Part shown: one piece after another, positions 50,821 to 61,194 of the stretch
Numbering within the stretch: the stretch's first letter is position 1
Layout: every line of letters begins with the position of its first letter
Source: Sulfolobales archaeon
Lineage (GTDB): Archaea > Thermoproteota > Thermoprotei_A > Sulfolobales > AG1
Direction: 5' to 3'
NCBI GenBank assembly: GCA_038867615.1
Contig: JAWBYA010000004.1
Location: 64,001-128,000, forward strand
Length of the DNA: 64,000 bases
Notes under the pieces: model-generated
Seen by the model: the letters and a program-made list of their open reading frames with translations, nothing else
Databases searched by the model: none
What the model was told of the DNA's origin: nothing
Program-made: the position numbers and the translations under genes

Positions 50821-51768
50821 ATGGTGGCTGAACAAATAATTGTGGTTGCGTTAGGAGGCAACGCCATCCTCAGAAAAGGTGATAAGGGTTATCCAGAGGA
50901 AATGTGGAGGAATGTCTATAGGGCCGTAGAGCCCATCGTGGACTTATACCTAGAGGGTTATGGAGTTGTAGTCACACACGGAAACGGCCCACAGGTGGGG
51001 AATATTCTTGAGTGGTTTGAACGTGCTAAAGATGTAATACCACCTCTAACAATGGATATAGCTACTGCGATGAGCCAGGGGTGGATAGGCTATATGCTCC
51101 AGCAAGCTATAGGTAATGCTATGGCTAGGAGAGGTATCAAGAGAAAAGTTATAACGATATTGAACCAAGTGCTAGTAAACCCCCTAGACCCCGCGTTCAA
51201 GGATCCCGAGAAGCCCGTGGGGCCTTGGTATCAATGCGAACACGCGGACAAGCTAGCTAGGGAAAGGGGGTGGATCTTTAAACGCGATCCACGGGGCGGT
51301 TGTAGGAGAGTTGTTCCATCGCCCGAACCTCTCGATAACCTGGAGGCGGAGGCCATAAAGGAGCTTGTCAGCAGGGGTTACGTGGTTATAGCATCAGGAG
51401 GCGGAGGGATCCCTGTATATGACAGCGGTGACACCTGGATCAGGGGTATTGAGGCGGTGGTGGATAAAGATCTAGCATCTTCCCTGCTGGCAATAAAGTT
51501 AGAGGCATCTAGGTTCATAATACTAACTGACGTTGAGTATGTCTATATAGATTACGGCAAGGATACTGCAAAACCTATAAAAAGGATCAAAGCCTATGAG
51601 GTTCTCAAACTCCTCGAAACAGGGACCTTTCCACGCGGCTCCATGGAACCTAAGGTAAGAGCCTCTGCTACATTTACGATAAAAACACATAGACCAAGCA
51701 TTATAGGCAGTCTAGATAAGGCCTCCGAAGTTTTCAAGGAAGAATCAGGCACCATTATAGAGCCGTAG
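50821..51768 (+). CDS. arcC: Carbamate kinase
   Basis: VALGGNA, THGNGPQVG, KPVGP, RRVVPSP, GGGGIP, VDKD, GSMEPK. Confidence 0.95.
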   Translation: MVAEQIIVVALGGNAILRKGDKGYPEEMWRNVYRAVEPIVDLYLEGYGVVVTHGNGPQVGNILEWFERAKDVIPPLTMDIATAMSQGWIGYMLQQAIGNAMARRGIKRKVITILNQVLVNPLDPAFKDPEKPVGPWYQCEHADKLARERGWIFKRDPRGGCRRVVPSPEPLDNLEAEAIKELVSRGYVVIASGGGGIPVYDSGDTWIRGIEAVVDKDLASSLLAIKLEASRFIILTDVEYVYIDYGKDTAKPIKRIKAYEVLKLLETGTFPRGSMEPKVRASATFTIKTHRPSIIGSLDKASEVFKEESGTIIEP

Positions 51769-52041
51769 CCATCTATTTCTGGTTTCATGGAGATCATAAG
51801 ATAAGGATACTAAATTCGTGGTTCTTCAGGAACATAATATAGGCCTATAGTGGATCCATGATGGGATCACTGCACAACAACGAAACCGAGACATTCTATG
51901 AAAAGGATCTGCAAGCAGAGGATCACACCTAGCAGGGAGAGACCGATGATAAAGGCTCCGATGAAAGGAGCTCTGAGGCCTATGAAGCCAAGGAAAACCA
52001 GTTGGTATTTTTATATCAATAGCAATTAAGCCCGAACCCCT
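51763..52041 (+). mobile_element. Family A relic (copy A4)
   Basis: Starts CCGTAGCCATCTATTTCTGGTTTCATG. Contains ATGAAAGGAGCTCTGAGGCCTATGAAGCCAAGG and ends AAGCCCGAACCCCT, as in 13464-13725. Confidence 0.7.
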
Positions 52042-52176
52042 TAAAAGACCTCTCAGTCTTCCACACAGTTCGGTGGAGATAAATATTGTAATAAACTGCT
52101 TGATATGATCGACATCATTATCATAATATTTAGAGAACAGAAAACATATCGATAAACAAAAGCCAGTCCCGCATAA

Positions 52177-52311
52177 TCGTTTATCTCTGGATGTTTATTC
52201 CAATCACTTTATTTCTATTCATGGCCACATCCAGAGACCTCCACACAGCCTCAAGGATCCTACGGTCGAGCACAAAAATCATGATACTATTTATGACACA
52301 AGCCCACATGG
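52177..52311 (-). mobile_element. Family B relic, internally deleted (copy B5)
   Basis: CGTTTATCTCTGGATGTTTATTCCAATCACTTTAT...CATGGCCACATCCA matches 36893-36942. ACAAGCCCACATGG resembles the other end, ACAGCCCCTGTGG. Confidence 0.62.
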
Positions 52312-52356
52312 CTCTATATATATTATACACCTAGCCCGACCAACGATAAGCCATCG

Positions 52357-53313
52357 CTATATAGCTCTACTCTGCAGTATTCTTGCGAACCGTGCCACTA
52401 GGTTGTGTAGGTCTTCTTTATCATTCCATATAGCTTTATATATTGCTAGTGCTAGGAGTATACCTATACCCATCATCACGCCCGAACTATGTCCCAAGTA
52501 TGCTAGATCGAGGAGTAGGTATAGAGGATCGTCTCCCATATTAAGGGTCAACATATTATCTATCACTTCGTTTACCACGCCTTTAGAGGCGTTATTGATT
52601 ATATAGGCTGAGAGCTCTGTGGTTCTTCTAAGCTCCTCACTATAAACCTTTATAGGCTGAGAGTCTAGACAACGCGGGGCTAGATTATTATAGGTGGAGA
52701 GAAACCCTGCCAGGATATCGTCACCGGAAGGTGTTAGTCCTCTACCAAATCCCAGCAGATCTCTAAATACCCGCATAATACTGTCCTCGATAAAGCTTCT
52801 TACCCCTTCTAGGCGTTTTTCCTCTAGGATTCTGTGGATCTCTTTTGACATATGTCCCAACACAACTAGATCTTCATCATAAAGTTTATCTAAGATCAGC
52901 ATTATTTTTAGAAACTTTTCTGCAGTGGAATCTATATCTATGTCGAAGATCTCTTCTGGACAACGGTTGCTCAGCCTGAATCTGGGTGTATAGATCGATG
53001 AGTTCCCAAGATCTATAACTAGATCATAGCCAATGGTTATCGCATCTCCCTTGATCGAGACATCATCGTGCTTCGATACATAGTTATTGAGAGCGCCTGA
53101 AAAGCGTGGTGTATATTCATCCTCAAGCACTATATCTACTTCTGACCTGATGCGGTTTGACTTGATCGTGATCAGAGTATCGCCTATAACTATATTGATC
53201 GCATTTGGAAAAACGCTATGTATCGATGGCTTACAGCCTTCTACACATCTGTCTATGATTCCTCTAGCTATATGTCCTATTGAAGAAGCCCTTAAGAGGA
53301 TCGCAGACCCTAT
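52357..53313 (-). CDS. DUF2877 / AllH (YlbF)-like oxamate carbamoyltransferase subunit
   Basis: LLGFGRGLTPSGDD.L.G and GHSSG...GI motifs. The frame is open to 53349 and reads ASSIG...IHSVFPNAIN upstream of the called GTG 53130. The start at ATA 53313 is inferred. Confidence 0.8.
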   Translation of the reverse strand: MGSAILLRASSIGHIARGIIDRCVEGCKPSIHSVFPNAINIVIGDTLITIKSNRIRSEVDIVLEDEYTPRFSGALNNYVSKHDDVSIKGDAITIGYDLVIDLGNSSIYTPRFRLSNRCPEEIFDIDIDSTAEKFLKIMLILDKLYDEDLVVLGHMSKEIHRILEEKRLEGVRSFIEDSIMRVFRDLLGFGRGLTPSGDDILAGFLSTYNNLAPRCLDSQPIKVYSEELRRTTELSAYIINNASKGVVNEVIDNMLTLNMGDDPLYLLLDLAYLGHSSGVMMGIGILLALAIYKAIWNDKEDLHNLVARFARILQSRAI

Positions 53314-54602
53314 ATCCCGTATACCTCTGCGAATCTCCTCAGGGCTTTTTTAAACGGCTCTATGGGCATAGTTACTATACCAGCCCCTATCTGGCCTTTA
53401 TTGGGCTCCTTATGGGCTATCCCAGTGTTTATCGTAGGTGTTATCCCTGTCGCCACAACCTTTCTAATATCCATCCCTACAGGGGTCCCCTGCATATCTA
53501 GGTATGGTATTGTGAAGTACTTATGCTTCGCATAGGTTATCCCATACATCCTCCTGGTAATCTCGACAGCAAACTCGACAGATCCGCCGACCCAGCTAAC
53601 TATAGCTGGTGCTGCTGCCATAGCAAAGCCGCCGAAACCAGCTGTCTCTGTTATAGCTGAGTCCCCGATATCCGGGTTTGCATCTTTCTCAGAATAGCCT
53701 GGGAACCAGACGCCCTTAGGTATAGGTGCTGGTGCTGTGAACCACTCATCTCCAAGCCCGCTCACCCTTATACCAAACTCAGTACCGTTTCTAGACATTG
53801 TAGTCACTATAGTGCTATACTTTATATTATGGGCAGCCATTGTCATCAGCTTAGCTGCAGCCATCACGATATTAAGTGCTGTAAATGGGTTTCTATAGAT
53901 GAAGCTATAAGCCTCCCTAACCATGCTCCTCTCATATCCTGCGGCGAAGATATACGGGGCAAGCTCCTTTATGAGTATAGATGTTGCCGCAACATGCCTA
54001 TTATGGCACTCATCACCCATATGGAGCGCCTGGGCTATGAGGCTCTTAACATTAAGCCCCTTTCCCTGCTCCCTCACCATATCTCTAATAGCATCCCTGA
54101 GAACTGGGTAGAGTATCTGCCCCATCCATCTAAGCCTCTCAATAACATCTGGATCGTATACACCGTATCTCAGAACCCTCCCAATCCCCTCATTCATATT
54201 AGAATAAGCCTTTCCCCCATATCTCAGGTCGCTGAGCACATATACAGGCATGCTGGGCGATATAACCCCAGCCATAGGACCTACTGAGTCATGATGATGC
54301 GTGGGCTCGATTACAATATCGCCCCTCCTAAGCAGCCTATCAGCCTCTTCAGCACTGCTTGCCCATCCCTCATATATCACAGCCCCTATCAATGCTCCCC
54401 TCAGAGGGCCAGACGCCCTCTCATACTCTATTGGAGGGCCTGCGTGGAGCAGCATCTTATCCTTCATACCGGGGATTGCTTTTAAGGCTATATCCATGTC
54501 AACCCAGTGGGGCTCTGACTCCATCATCCTCTCGACAGCAGTACTGTTAGCCTTCTCAATCTCCTCCTTTATATTTAAAACCCTACCAGGCTCTCCACTC
54601 AT
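53310..54602 (-). CDS. DUF1116 / AllG (YlbE/YahG)-like protein
   Basis: LLHAGPP, VGPMAG, NEGIG, LHMGDECHNR, DIGDSAITET.G.G, INTGIAH, GQIGAG. Confidence 0.9.
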   Translation of the reverse strand: MSGEPGRVLNIKEEIEKANSTAVERMMESEPHWVDMDIALKAIPGMKDKMLLHAGPPIEYERASGPLRGALIGAVIYEGWASSAEEADRLLRRGDIVIEPTHHHDSVGPMAGVISPSMPVYVLSDLRYGGKAYSNMNEGIGRVLRYGVYDPDVIERLRWMGQILYPVLRDAIRDMVREQGKGLNVKSLIAQALHMGDECHNRHVAATSILIKELAPYIFAAGYERSMVREAYSFIYRNPFTALNIVMAAAKLMTMAAHNIKYSTIVTTMSRNGTEFGIRVSGLGDEWFTAPAPIPKGVWFPGYSEKDANPDIGDSAITETAGFGGFAMAAAPAIVSWVGGSVEFAVEITRRMYGITYAKHKYFTIPYLDMQGTPVGMDIRKVVATGITPTINTGIAHKEPNKGQIGAGIVTMPIEPFKKALRRFAEVYGI

Positions 54603-55075
54603 CTCTCACCACCCTCCCTCCTCCATTTAAGGGCTAGTTTGACCGAGTCTACTATCTGCTTATAACCCGTGCACCTACACACAACACTATTAAGTACCCT
54701 AGCCACCTCCTCGTCGGAGGCGTTAACCATGTTCTCAGTGATCCAGTGGGCTGTTAGTACGAAAGCTGGTGTGCAGTAGCCGCACTGATAGCCGAATGAT
54801 TCTACGAAGGCCCTCTGTACTGGTGATGGTCTCATATTGGTGCTCAGCCCCTCAACGGTAACTATGTTAGAGCCGTTTGCCTCAGTAGCTAGCATGAGGC
54901 ATGATTTCACAAGCTTTCCATCAACGATGACGGTGCATATACCACAATCTCCTACAAGACAGCCTGCTCTAACACTCTTAATGCCAAGCCTATATCTAAG
55001 TACGTCTAACAATCTCTCGTTCGGCTTAACATCGGCTACCCTTTTAACCCCGTTTACTGTGAGACTGATTCTCAT
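54599..55075 (-). CDS. Xanthine-dehydrogenase-family [2Fe-2S] small subunit (CoxS/CutS-like)
   Basis: GC..GDCGICT...SC, QCGYC, CRC. Confidence 0.95.
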   Translation of the reverse strand: MRISLTVNGVKRVADVKPNERLLDVLRYRLGIKSVRAGCLVGDCGICTVIVDGKLVKSCLMLATEANGSNIVTVEGLSTNMRPSPVQRAFVESFGYQCGYCTPAFVLTAHWITENMVNASDEEVARVLNSVVCRCTGYKQIVDSVKLALKWRREGGER

Positions 55076-55939
55076 CTAAACCTCAACCCCCAGTAGTTTT
55101 CTAAGAAGATAAGCTGTTCCAAATTCTACTAGGTGTTCGCGATACTCCCTGGAGGCCCTGGCATCCGATGGTGGAGTAATGCTGGTTTTTATATAATTTA
55201 TAGCATCTCCTATCAATACCTTCAAAGGCTTCTCCTGCCTAAAGATCTTCTCAACACCCTCTACGAGCTCTTGTGATGGTGCGAATGAATATGCTACCCT
55301 CACTATCCTCTCCCTAGGGTTATCAATATTGGCGGCTAGAGCCGCTATCCCAGCGATCCACCAGACCTTGAAATAAGCCCCCCTAGAGCCTTTAGGAAGT
55401 TCTGGGATATATATTCTCGTCAGGATCTCATCAGGATCTAGGAGAAGCCCCCCACCCTCCTTAACAAGCTCCCATATAGCAACCCTCCTAGAGCCCCTCA
55501 TAGACGAGACCTCGATCGATGCTCCTAGAACGGCTAGAGGTGCTATTGTATCTGCCTGAAGCGTTGGGTTACATATATTCCCACCTATTGTAGCCCTATT
55601 CCTTAAATGAAAATCCCCGATCTGTCTAACAGCATCCCAAAGAACCCCATACTTTTCCCTCACAAACTCGTTGTTCTCCAGATCTTTAAGTGTTGCCGCA
55701 GCACCAATAACAAGACCCCTACCCTCTCTATACTCTATAGCTGAGAGCTCCCTAACCCCCTTAATATCAATCACATAGTCATAGCGGAAGCCAAGCCTCA
55801 TTAGGTTTAAGAGCACCGTTCCACCCGCGATCACGGCTGCACGTTCTCCATACTTAGCCTTTAGGGCTAAGAGCTCGTCAAGAGAGCTTGGTGACAGGTA
55901 ATCGAAATCTGGGAGTGTGGTTCTCAGGATGAGACTCAA
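55076..55939 (-). CDS. Xanthine-dehydrogenase-family FAD subunit (CoxM/CutM-like)
   Basis: AGGT, RNRATIGGN, D.RAS.EYR. Confidence 0.93.
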   Translation of the reverse strand: MSLILRTTLPDFDYLSPSSLDELLALKAKYGERAAVIAGGTVLLNLMRLGFRYDYVIDIKGVRELSAIEYREGRGLVIGAAATLKDLENNEFVREKYGVLWDAVRQIGDFHLRNRATIGGNICNPTLQADTIAPLAVLGASIEVSSMRGSRRVAIWELVKEGGGLLLDPDEILTRIYIPELPKGSRGAYFKVWWIAGIAALAANIDNPRERIVRVAYSFAPSQELVEGVEKIFRQEKPLKVLIGDAINYIKTSITPPSDARASREYREHLVEFGTAYLLRKLLGVEV

Positions 55940-55942
55940 TCA

Positions 55943-58315
55943 CTACACCCCGACCATTATTTTGCGAAGCTCTGTTATGATATCAGGCCTCTGCTCTTTA
56001 ACAGCTTTTAACAGTCTCTCAGGCGTTATTGGATATTCTTTAACCCTAACCCCTATAGCCCTGTATATCGCGTTAGCTATCGCAGCCTGCCAGGGTAGTG
56101 CCGTTAGCTCCCCAACGCCTTTAGCACCATATGGGGCATTTCTCTGGGGTACGTTGAGACTCTCAAAGACCATCTCTACCGGCATATCCTCAACCCTGGG
56201 GAGCCTGTATTCTAGAAAGCTCGGGTTTCTGAGAGCCCCTATCTCGTCAAAGCCGATCGCCTCTTTCAAGGCAAGCCCTATGCCCATAAGTATACCTCCA
56301 TAGGCTTGCCCCTCGGCCAGGCCTGGGTTTATGATCTTTGCATCTGTTACTAGCACGGCTTTCAGAACCCTAACCTGCATCGTCACGAGATCTACCTCAA
56401 CTTCAACGCCCCCCGCAACGAATGTTACAAAGGGCTTCGGATTACCCTTGCCGGTCTCCGGATCTAGATATGTTGTTCCCGAAGGTACATGGGATCCCCT
56501 TCCTATGATTGGTCCGTGTATAGTCTCACCGCTGGGGAAGGTATAACCAAGGGCTAGCCTTTCCAGAGATATACACTCACCATGTTTTCCTGAAACACAT
56601 GCCTTGCCATCCCTAATCTCCACCTCGTCCTTGAATACATTGAAAGCCCTTGCAGCAACCTCCTTTATCTGATCCTTGAGATCCTGTAGTGCTCTTACAA
56701 GCGCCTGTCCATCGCTATAAAGCCCCCTGCTACCAACGGTCTGCCATGTATACGGCACAAGATCTGTTGATCTATATGGTGAGATCCTAACCTTCTCCAC
56801 GGGTATCCCCAGCTCTTCAGCAACGATCTGTGCCAAGGCAATGATAGTACCCTGACCAAACTCCCCAGTCCCTACAAGCACATCAACAGACCCATCCTCG
56901 TTAAGCTTAACTATAGCCGATGAAGCCGCATTGGGGGGTTGCACAGGCCCCTTCCAGGCGGCAGCAATACCTTTACCCCTAATCTTCCACGGCTCGTCTG
57001 ATCTCTGGGGCGGTGTGTGGTAACCGATCAGCTCTGCAGCCCTCCTAATAACTCCTGCAGGATCCCCTGCGTCTTCAGCGAGCACCTCTTGTGTGGGTGT
57101 TATAGATACTCCTGGCCTGACAGCGTTTTTAAGTCTAAACTCGATAGGATCGATTCCTAGTTTCTCTGCAAGTATATCCATTTGCTGCTCAAACGAGGCT
57201 GTTAGTTCCAAGATGCCGAAGCCTCTGAACGCTGTTGTGGGAACCTTGTTTGTATATACCGCATAGCCATCCACATGTATATGGGGTATCTCGTACGGAC
57301 CCGTGGCCATAAAAGTTGAGGATCTTATGACATTAACTGTATAGTCCGCATACGCCCCAGCATCGAGGTAATACTCGCCTATGTGGAAAACAAGCCTCCC
57401 ATCCTTTGTAGCCCCTGTTTTCATCTTAAACAGAAACCCTGGCTTCTGGGCCATGTAGTAGAAGTTCTCCTCCCTGTTAAGCTGTAGAAATACAGGTCTT
57501 CCACCCAGCTTCATCGATATGAGAACTGGTATGTGTTCCAGCAAAAGCCCAGCTTTTCCTCCGAAGCCGCCGCCTGTGTAGAGGTGGTGCACAACAACCT
57601 TGCTAATTGGAAGCCCTAGCGACATAGCCAAAAGATTCCTCACAGCAAATGGTGATTGGTGGGAGGACCATACCTCCACAGTACCATCGGATCTGATAGC
57701 AGCAGCACCAGCCCAGGTTTCCATATATGCATGGGATTGGGGATCAGATCTATAGGTTTCCTCAACAACAACGTCAACTTCCCCAATTGCTTTCTGAGCA
57801 TCGCCCTTCCTCAGCTTAACCCTATTGGCTATATTGGTACCAGGCACCGGGTTTATGAACGAGGCTCTTCTATACTCGCCTAGGCGCTCGTGAATCACAG
57901 GCGCCCCGGGGGATAGAGCCTCTTCTATCGATAGAACTGCCGGTAGGGGTTCGAACTCGGCATCTATGGCTTCTGCAGCTCTCTCTGCGATATCAAGGCT
58001 CTCAGCAACTACAGCCGCTATGGGGTGCCCATAATAGAGAACCTTACCCCTGGCCAGAACGTCTCTATCAGCAGCATAGATCCCTACCTTGTATGGGAAA
58101 TCCTCTCCCGTGAATACAGCCACAACGCCTGGTATCTTGAGCGCTTCGGAAGGGTCAATCCTTTTTATCCTAGCATGGGCGTAGGGGGCTGAGACAAGCT
58201 TTATCCACAGCATTCCAGGAAGCTCAATATCGCTTGCAAATAGAGCTCCGCCATATACCTTATCTACATCGAACCTCCTCACGGGCTGCCCAACATATCT
58301 AAACCCGAGCGACAA
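55943..58315 (-). CDS. Xanthine-dehydrogenase-family molybdopterin large subunit
   Basis: GGGFGGK, AFRGFG, EFGQG, TVGSR, GAKGVGE. Confidence 0.95.
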   Translation of the reverse strand: MSLGFRYVGQPVRRFDVDKVYGGALFASDIELPGMLWIKLVSAPYAHARIKRIDPSEALKIPGVVAVFTGEDFPYKVGIYAADRDVLARGKVLYYGHPIAAVVAESLDIAERAAEAIDAEFEPLPAVLSIEEALSPGAPVIHERLGEYRRASFINPVPGTNIANRVKLRKGDAQKAIGEVDVVVEETYRSDPQSHAYMETWAGAAAIRSDGTVEVWSSHQSPFAVRNLLAMSLGLPISKVVVHHLYTGGGFGGKAGLLLEHIPVLISMKLGGRPVFLQLNREENFYYMAQKPGFLFKMKTGATKDGRLVFHIGEYYLDAGAYADYTVNVIRSSTFMATGPYEIPHIHVDGYAVYTNKVPTTAFRGFGILELTASFEQQMDILAEKLGIDPIEFRLKNAVRPGVSITPTQEVLAEDAGDPAGVIRRAAELIGYHTPPQRSDEPWKIRGKGIAAAWKGPVQPPNAASSAIVKLNEDGSVDVLVGTGEFGQGTIIALAQIVAEELGIPVEKVRISPYRSTDLVPYTWQTVGSRGLYSDGQALVRALQDLKDQIKEVAARAFNVFKDEVEIRDGKACVSGKHGECISLERLALGYTFPSGETIHGPIIGRGSHVPSGTTYLDPETGKGNPKPFVTFVAGGVEVEVDLVTMQVRVLKAVLVTDAKIINPGLAEGQAYGGILMGIGLALKEAIGFDEIGALRNPSFLEYRLPRVEDMPVEMVFESLNVPQRNAPYGAKGVGELTALPWQAAIANAIYRAIGVRVKEYPITPERLLKAVKEQRPDIITELRKIMVGV

Positions 58316-58498
58316 TACGAGATCCCGGTTAAGTTTTTGATAAGAGGATTATAAGTATTGTAGTTATAAAAATTGGTGATACTTCTTATTTTAATATATA
58401 TAGAAACATCCGGTTTAAGAGAGCCTGACAATACATGATCCTTGACTCTTCAGATGGATTGTATTGCCTCTCTAAGCACGGGTGGGTATTATTTTATT

Positions 58499-59551
58499 TC
58501 ATAAAGAGGTTTTAGACGCAACACACCTGCTGATCCCGATCCTTTTAGGCCCTGGACTCACATCATTTGCTGAGTAGATCCTTATCTGGTTATTGTTAAT
58601 CTCAGCTAATATTTCATAATACTCCCCACTATAGCTCGACCCTATTATACGGGCTTCAAGGTCTCCCTCACCAATAGTAACATCCCTTGGCGAAAAGATC
58701 GCTATGGCTTCTTCCCCAACGCTAAACCCGCCTCTAGAGCTGCATATAACACACCCCAACCCAAGATCTATCTCAACTTTAGTACCAGACACAGCCCTTA
58801 CCTTCCCCCTAATAGTGTTAAACCTGAGGAGGCTTGCTAATACAGGATCGTCTGGGTTCTCGTAGAGCTCGTCGGGCTTCCCAATCTTCCTGACCACGCC
58901 GTCAGCTATGAGGGCTATGCGATCGCCTATACTAACCGCCTCTCTGATATCGTGGGTCACATATAGCGATGTTATCTTAAGACTCTTTATGGTAGCTCTA
59001 AGCCATACCCTTGCCTCATCCCTCAATGCTGCGTCGAGATTCGATATAGGCTCGTCCAGGAGAAGGAGAGAGGGTTCAAGCACTAAAGCCCTTGCCAATG
59101 CAACCCTCTGCTGCTGACCCCCCGAGAGCTGCCATGGATATCTATCCAACAGATGATCTATCCTCAGCGCTTCTGCAACGGTCTTCACCCTACTCTTTAT
59201 CTCATCCCTCGGGATCTTGCGGATCTTAAGCCCAAAAGCTATATTATCCCAAACCTTCATATGGGGCCACAGAGCCCATGTCTGCGGAACATATCCTATA
59301 TTTCTCTTCTCAGGCGGTACGTTTATCCCCTTATATGAGCTGAAAACCTCCCTGCCATCCAACACTATCTCCCCCTCTTCAGGCGTCTCAAGACCTGCTA
59401 TGCTTCTCAGAAGAGTCGTTTTACCACTCCCAGAAGGCCCAATCACAGCAAAGATCTCTCCCTTCTCAACCTCAAACCTCCTACCCTTGAGATTCAAAGC
59501 CACAACACTACCGAACCTCTTCACCACATTAGAGACAATAAGGCTACTCAT
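58499..59551 (-). CDS. ABC transporter ATPase (PotA/FbpC type, TOBE domain)
   Basis: GPSGSGKT, LSGGQQQR, DEP, VTHD. Confidence 0.93.
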   Translation of the reverse strand: MSSLIVSNVVKRFGSVVALNLKGRRFEVEKGEIFAVIGPSGSGKTTLLRSIAGLETPEEGEIVLDGREVFSSYKGINVPPEKRNIGYVPQTWALWPHMKVWDNIAFGLKIRKIPRDEIKSRVKTVAEALRIDHLLDRYPWQLSGGQQQRVALARALVLEPSLLLLDEPISNLDAALRDEARVWLRATIKSLKITSLYVTHDIREAVSIGDRIALIADGVVRKIGKPDELYENPDDPVLASLLRFNTIRGKVRAVSGTKVEIDLGLGCVICSSRGGFSVGEEAIAIFSPRDVTIGEGDLEARIIGSSYSGEYYEILAEINNNQIRIYSANDVSPGPKRIGISRCVASKTSL

Positions 59552-59556
59552 ACCGA

Positions 59557-61194
59557 TCACCCATAGGGCTTCCACCCAAGTTTAAATATCAAAGCCGATA
59601 TAGTCAGGGCCATAAGGACCAGCACGGCTGAGATTGTTGAGATTATTCCTATCTCACCAGATCCGAAACTCATGAGAAGGAATGCGCCAGCAACCATTGT
59701 TTGAGGCATAACAAGGAACGCTGCTATTGAGTAATCCCTAATGGCATAGATGAACATGACAAGCCAGGCCACCAATATAGATCTCTTAATGATCGGGATA
59801 ACGATCCTGCTTAGGGTTAGAGAAGGGCTAGCACCATGGATCCTCGCAACCTCTTCAAGTTCAGGCGATAACTGAGACATACTTGAAGCTATAACCCTCG
59901 TACCCATTATAGACCAAGCAACAACATACGCCATAGCTAGACCAAGGGGGGTATATATAAGTGGCCTCAGAGGTGTAAAGAGGAATAGCCATAGAAACGC
60001 TAGCCCCATAACAATGCCTGGCATACTCCTCGGAAGCGTTGAGGCAGCATCAAAAAACCTACTTATAGATGCATGCCTGCTCCTCAACATGGCTAGTGAG
60101 TAGCCCAGCGATGTTATACTCCCCAAGGTTGCCGCTATAATCGCAACCTCTATAGTATTTATTATTATTTGTCTATGATATTCGGATGAAAAAATAGTAA
60201 CGTAATAATCCCACGTTATACCGCCTATTTTTCCTCCATAGAGAGGGCTAAGGGATCTCATTACAAGAACGCTAAGGGGTATAATTACAACTAACAAAAG
60301 ATATATGGATATTGATGCCAACATAACTACACTCCAGAACTTGCCAATCTCAATTCTATTGATCCCTCTAGCTCTTGAGCCTATGACAGCGAACCTTCTG
60401 CCATACCTCATTGTTAGGTATCTCTGGAGAAGGATGAGGGATATCGCGATATATATCAGCATAGATGCAACCACAGCTTCCCTCGGATATGATGGAGTTA
60501 TACTAAGCACCTGGAGCCTATAGATATAAGTGGTTAGCACTTCACCTCCAACAGAGGTGTATAACAGGAGGGGTATTCCGAATTGTTCGAGCCCTAATAT
60601 GAACAGGATTATTGCTGAGAATATTATCGCAGGTCTTATCATGGGGATCAGGATCCTGAGCATCACCACAATAGCTCTAGCACCATGGATCCTTGCAACC
60701 TCCTCATATGATGAGTCTATCCCTAGAAGTGATGTGGATATTATCACATAAGCATTGGGCACGTGAATCAAGGCAGAAAGGATCCCTGCAGGCACCAAGC
60801 CATATATATCCCCAAAAAATCTCGGGAGGATCCCCGCAGGACCATATGCGTAAAGCCATGCAAAACCCCATACAAGTGGTGAAATAAACATGGGGACCAG
60901 GATCAGCGATTCAAGAACAGATCTTCCAGGTATCGAGGTTTTGTGAATAACTATAGAGAGGAACAATGCTATTGGTACTGCTAGCAGTGTTAAAGTCGCG
61001 ATTGCTAAACTCCCGATCAGTGCTTTATGGAATCCAGGATCTTTTAATGAGTGTATATAACTCTCAAGAGTGAATGATAAAGGCGTCTCATAGAAGGGCC
61101 CATTAAGGAATGATTGATAGATCATAAGACCCAGGATCAGAAAAGCTATTACACCGAAAAAGAAACCAAGGATCTTTAGCGTTTGGTTTATCAA
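59557..61194 (-). CDS. ABC transporter fused double permease (FbpB/ThiP type)
   Basis: Two EAA-like loops (EEVARIHGA twice), about 12 TM segments. Confidence 0.92.
   Translation of the reverse strand: MINQTLKILGFFFGVIAFLILGLMIYQSFLNGPFYETPLSFTLESYIHSLKDPGFHKALIGSLAIATLTLLAVPIALFLSIVIHKTSIPGRSVLESLILVPMFISPLVWGFAWLYAYGPAGILPRFFGDIYGLVPAGILSALIHVPNAYVIISTSLLGIDSSYEEVARIHGARAIVVMLRILIPMIRPAIIFSAIILFILGLEQFGIPLLLYTSVGGEVLTTYIYRLQVLSITPSYPREAVVASMLIYIAISLILLQRYLTMRYGRRFAVIGSRARGINRIEIGKFWSVVMLASISIYLLLVVIIPLSVLVMRSLSPLYGGKIGGITWDYYVTIFSSEYHRQIIINTIEVAIIAATLGSITSLGYSLAMLRSRHASISRFFDAASTLPRSMPGIVMGLAFLWLFLFTPLRPLIYTPLGLAMAYVVAWSIMGTRVIASSMSQLSPELEEVARIHGASPSLTLSRIVIPIIKRSILVAWLVMFIYAIRDYSIAAFLVMPQTMVAGAFLLMSFGSGEIGIISTISAVLVLMALTISALIFKLGWKPYG

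Noticed and set aside
55943-58315. Aerobic CO dehydrogenase (form I CoxL)
   Set aside because: The active-site loop is AFRGFG, not AYxCSFR; no cox accessory genes are present.
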